From: an uncultured Actinomycetes bacterium
GTDB taxonomy: Bacteria; Actinomycetota; Acidimicrobiia; IMCC26256; PALSA-610
Direction: 5' to 3'
Assembly (NCBI GenBank): GCA_963841195.1
Contig: CAWJBX010000014.1
Span: forward strand, 335,914-399,913
DNA: 64,000 bases
Part shown: positions 1-8,452 of the stretch, piece after piece
How positions within the stretch are numbered: position 1 is the first letter of the stretch
Layout: each line of letters starts with the position of its first letter
Translations under genes and position numbers: made by a program
The notes under the pieces: generated by a model
What the model saw: the letters and a program-made list of their open reading frames with translations, nothing else
The model's database searches: none
What the model was told of the DNA's origin: nothing

Positions 1-839
1 GCCAACAACGCGATGCCGAGGAACAGCGTCCCCAGGATTGTTGCCACCCACGTCAGTGTGATCGCAGCGTTGCGCGACTCCGGCGGGCGGAAGGCTTGGA
101 TCCCGTTCGAAATCGCTTCGACACCGCTGAGCGCAACCGCACCCGACGAGAACGCACGCAACAACAAGAAACTCGAGGCGCCGGCCAACACCGCAGCCGT
201 CCCGGTGTAATGCGCGAGGTCCTGCTGATTCACAGGAAGCGCATGAAGGCTTCCGGTGGCAAATCGGAACAATCCCCAGCCGACGAGCAGCGTCATCATG
301 AAAATGTAGGTGTACGTGGGAGGCGCGAAGATTCGCCCGGACTCGCGGACGCCGCGCAAGTTGGCCACGATGATGACGACAAGCAGCGCGAGTGAGAGTT
401 CAACCGGGTACGGCCGAAGCGGTGACACCGCCGAGGTGATGGCCGCGACACCCGCTGCGATCGACACCGCAACCGTCAGTGTGTAATCCACCATCAATGA
501 AGCCGCGGCCGTCAACGAAGCACCGGTCCCGAGGTTCTCTCGACTGACGATGTACGACCCACCGCCGCTCGGGTACGCATACAACGTTTGGCGATAGCTG
601 ATCGTCACGATCGCGAGCAGGCCGATAACCACGAGCGAGATCGGGACGAGCTTGTCGAGCGCCGCCATGCCGGCGGCGGGAACCAAGACGACAAGAATCT
701 CTTGCGTCGCGAACGCAGTCGACGCGACCGCATCGGTGCCGAACACGGCGAGCGCGACGCGTTTGCTCAACCGTTGCTCCTGGAGTTTGTCGGACGCGAG
801 CGGGGAGCCGATCAGGATCCGCTTGAAGGTCGAATACAC
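1..839 (-). CDS. APC-family permease, YdaO/KimA-like (3' end runs off the window)
   Basis: Manual translation from GTG 839, open to position 1: MYSTFKRILIGSPL..LSKRVALAVFGTDAVAS..YPSGGGSYIVSRENLG..NLRGVRESG..LRAFSSGAVALSGVEAISNG; absent from the ORF track because there is no stop in the window. Confidence 0.9.
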   Translation of the reverse strand, partial: MYSTFKRILIGSPLASDKLQEQRLSKRVALAVFGTDAVASTAFATQEILVVLVPAAGMAALDKLVPISLVVIGLLAIVTISYRQTLYAYPSGGGSYIVSRENLGTGASLTAAASLMVDYTLTVAVSIAAGVAAITSAVSPLRPYPVELSLALLVVIIVANLRGVRESGRIFAPPTYTYIFMMTLLVGWGLFRFATGSLHALPVNQQDLAHYTGTAAVLAGASSFLLLRAFSSGAVALSGVEAISNGIQAFRPPESRNAAITLTWVATILGTLFLGIALL

Positions 840-923
840 ACGGAAAGCCTCGCACGCGGCGCGTAAAGACGGGCGGAGCGCACGACCGCGCCGACGGTAC
901 GACGCGGTCGTCGCGCCCCGGCG

Positions 924-1205
924 TCACACCAGGAGATCCGCGGTCGCGGGCTCGAGCATCCCGCGCAGTTCGTGGATCGCGTCGACAGGAAAGCCACCGC
1001 AGCGACCGTGTTCGCGAATGATCTCTTCGTTGGCGGCGTAGTAGATGCAGATGATCGAGTCGTCGGTGACGTAGCTCTCGATCCACTGGATGTCAGGACC
1101 GAGGTCGCGCAGGACGCCATTTGATTTTGCGGCGATCGCTTGACGCGCCGCCGCGTCCATCTGTCCGGCGCCGGGGACCGTCCGTTCGATCATGTACTTG
1201 GGCAT
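924..1205 (-). CDS. DUF4242 (SCO4226-like) small protein
   Basis: MPKYMIER..IQWIESYVTDD..CIYYAANEEIIREH..GFPVD family pattern; GGAGG RBS. Confidence 0.85.
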   Translation of the reverse strand: MPKYMIERTVPGAGQMDAAARQAIAAKSNGVLRDLGPDIQWIESYVTDDSIICIYYAANEEIIREHGRCGGFPVDAIHELRGMLEPATADLLV

Positions 1206-1270
1206 TCGTGACCCTCCATCGAGCGAGTTGTGCTTGCCCGTCGAACATACGGACCGCGCGCGGCGCGGTC

Positions 1271-1288
1271 ATGGGGTATTCACCCGAC
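1271..1288. promoter_or_regulatory. Candidate LuxR-type operator ATGGGG-N6-CCCGAC between DUF4242 and the HD-GYP-LuxR gene
   Basis: Imperfect 18-bp inverted repeat, 21 nt upstream of a TATGTT -10 (minus strand, 1244-1249). Confidence 0.55.
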
Positions 1289-1307
1289 CGCCGGTAGTGT
1301 CCTGCTC

Positions 1308-2864
1308 GTGACCGATTCGGGAGTTCGCCTGAGCGAGCTGTTGATGGCGCTTTCGCTTGCCACCGACCTCGGTTTCGGGCAGCCGGCCGAACACATGTTG
1401 CGGTCGGCGCGCATCGGCATGCGCCTCGGCGACCGGCTCGGCCTCGAACGTACCGATCTGGCCGACGTCTACGACGTCAACTTGTTGATGTACGGCGGTT
1501 GCCAGGTCTACGGGAACGACGCCGCCAAACTGTTCGGCGACGACATCGAGTTTCGCAGCCAAGCCGTGCAGGTCGACCTGGCCGGGTTCGGCGCGATGAA
1601 GTTCATGCTCGGGCGGGCGGGATCCGGTGGCTCGGTCGTCAACCGCGTGCGAGTCGCGTCGGGATTCATGGCGTCGCGCGGGCGCGGCGTGCTCGAGCAG
1701 ATGGCCGACCATTGCGCGGCGGCCGGCGAGCTTGCCCACCGGCTCGGGCTCAGCCCGGCGGTGCGCGCGGGCGTGGAGCAGACGTACGCGCGCTGGGACG
1801 GAAAGGGTTGGCCCGTCGGGCTTTCCGGCGAAGAGGTCGCGATGCCGGCGCGCATTGCGCACGTTGCCGAAGCGTGCGAGGTGTTCGCTCGCATTGGCTG
1901 TGTCGACGACGCGGTCGGCGTGGTGCAGGCGCGGCGTGGCACGCAGTTCGACCCGCAACTCGTCGACATCGTGTGTTCGGACACGACCGCACTGTTCGAC
2001 GGACTCGACGACAACACCTTCGACGAAGTACTCGACGCCGAACCGATGGAACGACCGATGCTCACCGACGAGCAACTCGATCGTTGTCTCGAAGCGATCG
2101 GCGACTTCTGCGACATGCGCTGCCCGTACTTCGCGGGACACAGCCAAGGAACCGCGGCTCTTGTCGCCGCCGCGGCGCCGCTGCTCAACCTTCCGCCCGC
2201 GGACGCGACACTCGCTCGCCGCGCCGCGCTCGTCAGCGATGTCGGTCGCTTCGGTGTTCCGGGAACCATCTGGGACAAGGCCGGCCCGCTCACCAACACC
2301 GAGCGCGAACGGATGCGCATGCACGTCTATTACGTCGAACGCATCTTCACACGCCCCGAACCACTGAAGCGGCTCGGCTTGCTCGCGGCCACGCATCATG
2401 AACGCATGGACGGTTCCGGGTATCACCGCGGCGTCGGCGCGACGATGCTGTCGACGCCCGCCCGGCTGCTCGCGGCGGCCGACGAGTACCACGCGATGAC
2501 CCAAGCGCGGCCGTACCGCGCCGCGCTCGATCCCGCCGATGCGGCGCGGCAGCTCCGTCTCGATGCCGACGAAGGCCGGCTCGACGCGGCGGCGGTCGAC
2601 GCGGTGTTGTCAGTCGCGGGCCACGCGTCGAATCGTTCGCGTGCGGGTGGACCGGCCGGCCTCACCGCGCGCGAAAGCGAAGTGCTCGCGCTGTTGACGG
2701 AAGGATTGCCGAACAAGGCGATCGCGCAGCGGCTGAATATCAGCAGCAAGACGGTGGGCAGCCACATCGAGCACATCTACACGAAGTTGGGCGTGACCAA
2801 CCGCGCCGGCGCAGCAATGCGCGCGATGGAGTTCGGCGTCGTCGGCCTTACCCCCGCGCAATAA
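1308..2864 (+). CDS. Tandem HD/HD-GYP domain protein with C-terminal LuxR HTH
   Basis: ARWDGKGWP and HHERMDGSGYH motifs; C-terminal LTARESEVL..GLPNKAIA..ISSKTVGSHIEHIYTKL; GTG 7 nt after TAGTGT. Confidence 0.9.
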   Translation: MTDSGVRLSELLMALSLATDLGFGQPAEHMLRSARIGMRLGDRLGLERTDLADVYDVNLLMYGGCQVYGNDAAKLFGDDIEFRSQAVQVDLAGFGAMKFMLGRAGSGGSVVNRVRVASGFMASRGRGVLEQMADHCAAAGELAHRLGLSPAVRAGVEQTYARWDGKGWPVGLSGEEVAMPARIAHVAEACEVFARIGCVDDAVGVVQARRGTQFDPQLVDIVCSDTTALFDGLDDNTFDEVLDAEPMERPMLTDEQLDRCLEAIGDFCDMRCPYFAGHSQGTAALVAAAAPLLNLPPADATLARRAALVSDVGRFGVPGTIWDKAGPLTNTERERMRMHVYYVERIFTRPEPLKRLGLLAATHHERMDGSGYHRGVGATMLSTPARLLAAADEYHAMTQARPYRAALDPADAARQLRLDADEGRLDAAAVDAVLSVAGHASNRSRAGGPAGLTARESEVLALLTEGLPNKAIAQRLNISSKTVGSHIEHIYTKLGVTNRAGAAMRAMEFGVVGLTPAQ

Positions 2865-2911
2865 CCGATGCGTCGTTGAACCCGCTTGAGCCAGGTTCAG
2901 CGACGCATCGG
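2865..2911. terminator. Hairpin between convergent genes, probable bidirectional terminator
   Basis: ccgatgcgtcgttgaacc-N11-ggttcagcgacgcatcgg, 18-bp stem with one G-U pair. Confidence 0.7.
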
Positions 2912-2916
2912 AGGAA

Positions 2917-4140
2917 TCAGACGCGGTCGAGTTCGAGCATCTTGATGGCGTTGCCGCGCAAGATCTTGTACTTGTGCTCGTCGCTCATGCCTTCGAGCAT
3001 CTGCTCGCAGTAGTCCTTCGAGTTCGGCCAGGTCGTGTCGGTGTGCGGATAGTCGGTTTCGAAACAGATGTTGTTTTCGCCGACCTCTTCGAGCGAACGC
3101 ACGCCGTGCCGGTCCCAGGTGAAGCAGCCGAACACACGGTCGAAGTAGTACGTCGACGGCGGGTCGGGGATCTTGTCCTTCGACCGCAACCACGCGTTGT
3201 GCTCTTCCCAGACCGTGTCGGCCCGTTCGAGCGCGTATGGAATCCAGCCGATCTGACCCTCGGAGTACGCGATCTTCAGCTTGGGGAATTGCACGAGCTT
3301 CCCGCTGAACAGATAGTCGCCGAGCGACGCCATCGAGTTGTTGAACGCGACCATGCTGCCGACGCCGCCGGGCACGTCGCGCGACGACGCCGGTTCCGTC
3401 GACGATGAACCCACGTGCATGCAAACGGTGGTTCCTGTGTCGTTGCAAACCTGGAACATCGGGTCCCAGTAGCCGGTGTGAATGCTCGGCAAGTCGAGGC
3501 GCGTCGGCAGCTCCGAGAAGCACACGGCGCGCACACCACGATCGGCGTTGCGCTGAATCTCCTGCACTGCAAGATCGATGTCCCACAACGGCATGATGCC
3601 GAGCGGAATGTTCACGCCGATCGAAGGGTCACACCACTCTTCGACCATCCAGTCGTTGTACGCCTGCACGCATGCCAGCGCGAGCTCTTTGTCGCTCGCC
3701 TCCATGAACGTCTGCCCGCAAAAGCGCGGGAACGTCGGGAACGGCAACGAACCGTCGACCCAGTTGATGTCGAAGTCCTTCTTGCGTTCCTTGGGGTCCC
3801 AGCAACCGGGCCGCATGTCGTCGTAGGTGATCGCGGTCATCGTCATGACCGTCTTGTTGAACGACTTGACGTCGTCACCGTTGGTTGCCGACTTCGGAAT
3901 CGCAACGAACTTCTTCTGCACGTAGATGACCTGGTCTTCGTAGATCCAGGCGTCGCCCCACTCGCCCTCGGGGTCTTCGGTCATCTCGTACTTCGCGCCC
4001 TTTTTGAGCTTGAACTTGCCCCAGCGCTTGCGCTCGACGTGCGGGCCCTTCTCGCGGTGCTTCGCGGGGAGCCACGTCTGCCAGACGTGGGCCGGCTCGA
4101 CGACGTGGTCGTCGACACTGATGATCTTCGGCAGCTCCAT
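2917..4140 (-). CDS. Amidohydrolase 2 family protein
   Basis: ISVDDHVVEP, MHVGS, FETDYPHTD, NAIKML motifs. Confidence 0.92.
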   Translation of the reverse strand: MELPKIISVDDHVVEPAHVWQTWLPAKHREKGPHVERKRWGKFKLKKGAKYEMTEDPEGEWGDAWIYEDQVIYVQKKFVAIPKSATNGDDVKSFNKTVMTMTAITYDDMRPGCWDPKERKKDFDINWVDGSLPFPTFPRFCGQTFMEASDKELALACVQAYNDWMVEEWCDPSIGVNIPLGIMPLWDIDLAVQEIQRNADRGVRAVCFSELPTRLDLPSIHTGYWDPMFQVCNDTGTTVCMHVGSSSTEPASSRDVPGGVGSMVAFNNSMASLGDYLFSGKLVQFPKLKIAYSEGQIGWIPYALERADTVWEEHNAWLRSKDKIPDPPSTYYFDRVFGCFTWDRHGVRSLEEVGENNICFETDYPHTDTTWPNSKDYCEQMLEGMSDEHKYKILRGNAIKMLELDRV

Positions 4141-4203
4141 ACGGCCCCCGGGCGCTCGAGGTACTGACGTGCGTGTCAGGTTTCACCGTATCGCAGGGCC
4201 GAG

Positions 4204-4974
4204 TCAGGCGCTCGACCGCCGTTTGGTGCGGCGAGACCGCGGCGCGACGGCCAAGGACGGGTTCGACGCCGCCACAACGCCCGCGCGCAACCGCCCGAGC
4301 ACCATCCCCCAGGCGGCTTCCATGAATTCTGCTTGCCGCGGATTTTCGACGAGCTGGTGCACCTCGACGTGCGCGCGCTCTTCGCCGTGCGGGCGGATAC
4401 GCAGATACCCGACCAGCTCGCGCCCGGGGATCGGCACATTGTCGTCTTCGAAGTCCCAGCGCATTGCGATGAGTTCTGGCGGCAACACGATGTCGTACGT
4501 GCCGCGCACTTCGGTACCGAATTCCATGCTCGCGGCGAAGCGACCGTTCTCGATGGAAACGGGAACACCCAGCCATCGCCCGTACATCTCGGGGTCAGTG
4601 AAGGCGCGAAACGTCGTCGCCGGGTCGGTGTCGACGACCACGCTCGCAGTCACCGCGGGGAGCGTGCGCGCGTCCGACAACGCGACCTCGGGAAGATCTT
4701 CGGCCGGCGTCCACTTCAGCGAGCCTTCGAGCGCGGCGCGTAACCCGTCGAGCGCGTCCTGCCGGACTCGGTAACGGCGGGAGGTACCGACGGCCGTCAT
4801 CGTGACCAATCCGGCCTCGCGCAGCACCGCGAGATGCTGCGAAATCGTGGGTTTGGTCAGCGCGAACGCGGCCGCGATATCGCCGGCCGGCAGCTCCCGC
4901 GACCAGATGAGCGCCAGGATCTCGCGCCGGACCGGTGAGCCGAGTGCCGTAATCACCTTGTCGATGTCTCGCAT
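4204..4974 (-). CDS. ArsR-family HTH regulator fused to an SRPBCC/AHSA1 domain
   Basis: ALGSPVRREIL..TKPTISQHLAVLREAGLV followed by TFRAFTDP..W..GG-type SRPBCC segment ending WGMVLGRL. Confidence 0.85.
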   Translation of the reverse strand: MRDIDKVITALGSPVRREILALIWSRELPAGDIAAAFALTKPTISQHLAVLREAGLVTMTAVGTSRRYRVRQDALDGLRAALEGSLKWTPAEDLPEVALSDARTLPAVTASVVVDTDPATTFRAFTDPEMYGRWLGVPVSIENGRFAASMEFGTEVRGTYDIVLPPELIAMRWDFEDDNVPIPGRELVGYLRIRPHGEERAHVEVHQLVENPRQAEFMEAAWGMVLGRLRAGVVAASNPSLAVAPRSRRTKRRSSA

Positions 4975-4991
4975 TGTCGATGTCTCGCATT
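4958..4991. repeat. Exact 16-bp tandem duplication spanning the ArsR start codon
   Basis: ttgtcgatgtctcgca x2 (4958-4973, 4974-4989) plus tt. Confidence 0.9.
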
Positions 4992-5002
4992 TCGCCCTAC
5001 TC

Positions 5003-5036
5003 TTTCGGTATTCGCCTAATTTAGCTGAGACCGAAA
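5003..5036. promoter_or_regulatory. Candidate ArsR operator
   Basis: tttcggt-N6-ctaa-t-ttag-N5-accgaaa inverted repeat in the divergent intergenic region. Confidence 0.55.
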
Positions 5037-5051
5037 TAGCGGGAGGCAACC

Positions 5052-5678
5052 GTGGCAAGCGCTGACGTATGGCCGACGATCGAATCCGAGCGCAAGGCGC
5101 TCGCCGCTGATCTCGACGGTCTCGACGACGCGGCCTGGAACACGAAGTCGCTCTGCGGCGACTGGACCGTGCGCGATGTCGTCGCGCATCTGACGGCGGC
5201 GACGAAGCTTTCCGGTCCGAAGTTCTTCGGCAAGCTCGTCGGGTCGGGCTTCAAGTTCGAAAGCGTCCAAGCGAAGGGCATCGCGTCGGAGCTCGGCGCA
5301 GCGCCCGCCGACACGCTGGCGCACTTCAAAGCGCAAGTCGATTCGCACGGGCGTCCGCCCGGTCCGATCGACACCCCACTCGGCGAGATCATCGTGCACA
5401 GCGAGGACATTCGGAGGCCGCTCGGTATCGCGCACACGTATCCAACCGACGCGTTGACACGCGTCGCCGCGTTCTACGCGAAATCGAATCTGATCATTCA
5501 CGGCAAGAGTCGCGTGAGCGGATTGACGTTGCGGGCGACCGACACCGACTGGTCGAACGGCAGCGGGCCGCTTGTCGCCGGTCCGATGCTCGACCTCGTG
5601 ATGGCAACGGCCGGACGCCAGGTCGCGTACGACAACTTGACCGGCGACGGCGTCGAGACACTTCGTTCGCGGAGCTAA
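5052..5678 (+). CDS. Maleylpyruvate isomerase family mycothiol-dependent enzyme (DinB superfamily)
   Basis: W..SLCGDWTVRDVVAHL and EIIVHSEDIRRPLG motifs. Confidence 0.9.
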   Translation: MASADVWPTIESERKALAADLDGLDDAAWNTKSLCGDWTVRDVVAHLTAATKLSGPKFFGKLVGSGFKFESVQAKGIASELGAAPADTLAHFKAQVDSHGRPPGPIDTPLGEIIVHSEDIRRPLGIAHTYPTDALTRVAAFYAKSNLIIHGKSRVSGLTLRATDTDWSNGSGPLVAGPMLDLVMATAGRQVAYDNLTGDGVETLRSRS

Positions 5679-5708
5679 CCGCAAGCGCATGTGGGTACAA
5701 ACATCCGC

Positions 5709-5936
5709 ATGGCCGGCCCCGAAACCGACGAAGGATTCTTGTCGCCGACACCCGAACGGCACACGTTCGAGTCGATTTTCGTACGGCTCGTCGCGACCGC
5801 CGGGATTGTCGGCATCGGCACCGCAATTGGCGCGATTCTTCTCGCCGCGAACGTTGCGAGCTGGGTCGGGAGCTTGATCGTCTCGATCGTCGTCGTCGTG
5901 CTGGCGGCGTTGTTGTGGCGTTCGCGCCGCTTGTAG
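5709..5936 (+). CDS. Small two-TM membrane protein
   Basis: Two hydrophobic helices and a basic tail LWRSRRL; GGGTAC 10 nt before the ATG. Confidence 0.7.
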   Translation: MAGPETDEGFLSPTPERHTFESIFVRLVATAGIVGIGTAIGAILLAANVASWVGSLIVSIVVVVLAALLWRSRRL

Positions 5937-5940
5937 CTCT

Positions 5941-6170
5941 TTACGCGGCCCGGCGCGCCCGTCGCGACAGTGTCGTCAACACGCGCAGCAATCGGTGTTC
6001 GTCGGCCGACAAGAGTCGCGCGCCGCGGCCCAATGCCTTGTGCCAGAGATTCGCGAGGTCTCCGGTCCGGTACTCGTCGAACAATGCCGGGTGGATGTAA
6101 CTCGCGCGCGAAACCGCGGCCGTGTTGCGCAACCGATCCGACACGAGCCGGACGACGAGACAAGCGGCGC
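5941..6170 (-). pseudogene. C-terminal relic of DNA topoisomerase IB
   Basis: VSDRLRNTAAVSRASYIHP matches the TopIB active-site segment (V...LGNTPAV.R.SY[IV].P); no room for the N-terminal part. Confidence 0.7.
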
Positions 6171-6181
6171 CGGAACGTCGT

Positions 6182-7987
6182 TCAGTTCGCCTCGTTCTCC
6201 TCGTCGCCGTGCACGGCGATGCAAAGCAATGCGATGTCGTCGTCTTGCTGGGCGCGCAGGCCGCGGAGCGCGCGCTCGAATTCGTCGCACACGCGTCCGG
6301 GATCGGCGTCGGCGACAGTAATCAGCAATTCACCGACGTCCTCGTTGAGCAGCGGATGATCACGCGTGTCGGTGACACCGTCGGTGTAGAGCAGCATCAG
6401 GTCTCCCGGCGCGAGATCGATGGTCGTCTCGTGCAGCTTCACTTCCGGAATCAGCCCGAGCAGCGTGCCCGGCGTGCCCAACGTCTCCGCCCGGCCGTTG
6501 GCGCGCAGGACGATCGGCAGCGGGTGCCCGCCCGACGCGAAGACGAACTGAACGCCGTCCGATCGCGGCGTGATCCGGCCGTAGAGCGCAGTGCAGTAGT
6601 CGTCGCCGGTCGTGTCTTCGAGCGCCTCGTGCAGCCAGAGCAACGGAACGCGCACGTCGCGCGTGTGCCGCGCCGCGCTCCGGACCGTGTGGCGCGCGAG
6701 CCCGACGAACGCCGCGGCCGGAATGCCCTTGCCCGCGACGTCGCCGATCAGAATGCCGACGGCACCGTCGCGGACGTCGAACACGTCGTAGAAGTCGCCG
6801 CCGATCGTGCTGCTCGTGTCGGCGGGCAGATACCGGGCTTGCACGTTGCATCCGGGAATCGACGCGAGGGCGTCGGGCAACAGCGACGCTTGCAGCGTGA
6901 GGGTCTTTTGTCGCTCTTCCGCGAAACGTCGGCTCTGTTCAATGGCGAGCGCGATGCGGTCAGCCGCGAGGAAAAGCAGTTGGAGGTCGTCGTCGTCGAA
7001 CCCGCACGCGTCGCGGTGACCGACGTGCACCACGCCGACCAAGTCGTCGCCGATCAACAACGGCACCCCGGCCACGTGCTCGAGGCGACGCAGCGCCGGG
7101 CTCAAGATCTCCAACGAATACGTCGGCGGGCTGATGACAAGCGGTTTGCGCGTCGCAGCGATGCGGCCGGCAAAGCCGTGACCGATCGGCAACTCGTCCT
7201 GCCACTGCGTCGGGTCGCCGAGTCCGATCGCGCCCCCACCGCGGAGGTACCGGCCGTCTTCGGAGGCCAGCAAGATACGGATTGTGTCGGCGCCCAGTGC
7301 CTCGCGGAGACGACGCATGAGCTCGTCGATCAAGTCGTTCGGCGGGAGCGAAAGCAACGCCAAATCGGTGATGTCCTGCAGCCGGCGCAAGCGCCAAAGC
7401 GCATCGTCGCGCTGTTCGAACAGCCGGGCATTGTGAAGATGCACTGCTGCGCGGCGCGCCAGATCGGCAAGCAATGCCACGTCGCTTGCGTCGAAAGGCG
7501 GTGCACCTTGCGAGCGGATGACCGACAACACGCCCATCACTTCGTTGCGCGCCGCGATCGGCACCGCGACGTAGGACCCGTACTGCAGCGCGCGGACCAG
7601 TTCGAGATGCCGCTCGTCGCGCGTCGTCGTCGTCAAGAACTCGGGCGACATCACGGGAAGCCATTGCGGTTCGAGCGTCTCGATCACACGCGCGGCCGGA
7701 TGCGGACCGCCAATCACCGGCGGGTACAGCTGGCGCATCTCGTCGACGATGCGTTGCAACTCGGTGTCTCGATGCGTTGCAGCAACGCGCACGATCTCGC
7801 CGTCTTCGATGATGTCGATGAAACAAATGTCTGCAGCAGCTTCGCCGACCATCAACGCGGCGAGCTGCTGCAGGCCTTGGTTGAAGTCGAAAGTGTTCGC
7901 GAGCATCTCGCTCGAGCGCAAGAGCACTCGGAGAAGATCAGCGACCGATCGACTCCAGGGTGGCTTCCCACGCGGCGTTTCATCCAT
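6182..7987 (-). CDS. GAF-GAF-PP2C (SpoIIE/RsbU-like) phosphatase
   Basis: IGGDFYD, IGDVAGKG, LYTDGVTD, DDIALL motifs; two GAF domains. Confidence 0.93.
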   Translation of the reverse strand: MDETPRGKPPWSRSVADLLRVLLRSSEMLANTFDFNQGLQQLAALMVGEAAADICFIDIIEDGEIVRVAATHRDTELQRIVDEMRQLYPPVIGGPHPAARVIETLEPQWLPVMSPEFLTTTTRDERHLELVRALQYGSYVAVPIAARNEVMGVLSVIRSQGAPPFDASDVALLADLARRAAVHLHNARLFEQRDDALWRLRRLQDITDLALLSLPPNDLIDELMRRLREALGADTIRILLASEDGRYLRGGGAIGLGDPTQWQDELPIGHGFAGRIAATRKPLVISPPTYSLEILSPALRRLEHVAGVPLLIGDDLVGVVHVGHRDACGFDDDDLQLLFLAADRIALAIEQSRRFAEERQKTLTLQASLLPDALASIPGCNVQARYLPADTSSTIGGDFYDVFDVRDGAVGILIGDVAGKGIPAAAFVGLARHTVRSAARHTRDVRVPLLWLHEALEDTTGDDYCTALYGRITPRSDGVQFVFASGGHPLPIVLRANGRAETLGTPGTLLGLIPEVKLHETTIDLAPGDLMLLYTDGVTDTRDHPLLNEDVGELLITVADADPGRVCDEFERALRGLRAQQDDDIALLCIAVHGDEENEAN

Positions 7988-8077
7988 CGGCCGCCAGGAA
8001 ACCACCTTTTCGGTTGTTCACACCACGCCCCCGGTCCGTTTCGGCCCGTTCGGGGGATAACAGCGCTCTACCGTTGA

Positions 8078-8239
8078 CTAATACAAACGCCGGCCCCACC
8101 GTGCGCCACCCGCGTCGGCCAACCAGAGCACACCGCCGATGACGGCGAGGATGATGCCAATCGTCCAAAGCACGGGGATCGCGAAAATAAAGCCGAGGAT
8201 CAACAGGATCAAACCAAGGACCAACACGGTCGTCTCCAT
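8078..8239 (-). CDS. Small membrane protein, DUF6131-like
   Basis: LGLILLILGFIFAIPVLWTIGIILAVIG..GRRLY. Confidence 0.7.
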   Translation of the reverse strand: METTVLVLGLILLILGFIFAIPVLWTIGIILAVIGGVLWLADAGGARWGRRLY

Positions 8240-8452
8240 TCTTTGTCGCTGCGTGTTTCCGCAGTGACGTCGAAGTACCCACGCTTGTGAAGGAAAAATC
8301 GCGTTCGTTGCGTTTAGTTCGCGCGACAACCGCACTGACTTCACCGCGCACGGGTGCCTGCACCCGCACGGTTTCGGCAGTTGCCACGGTTTCACGGCGC
8401 GATGCAAGAGGACATGCTGCGAACGCACGCTGTCGCTCGATAAAGGATGGGG

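Noticed and set aside
840-923. c-di-AMP (ydaO) riboswitch before the KimA-like gene
   Set aside because: The gap is only 84 bp and no conserved riboswitch elements are recognisable
6122-8077. 651-aa plus-strand ORF and many similar long Arg/Ala-rich ORFs
   Set aside because: Stop-poor antisense or alternate frames expected in high-GC DNA; no motifs
8384-8431. Possible box before the cupredoxin gene
   Set aside because: The right half cgcgat and 22-nt spacing to CACGCT fit, but the left half does not
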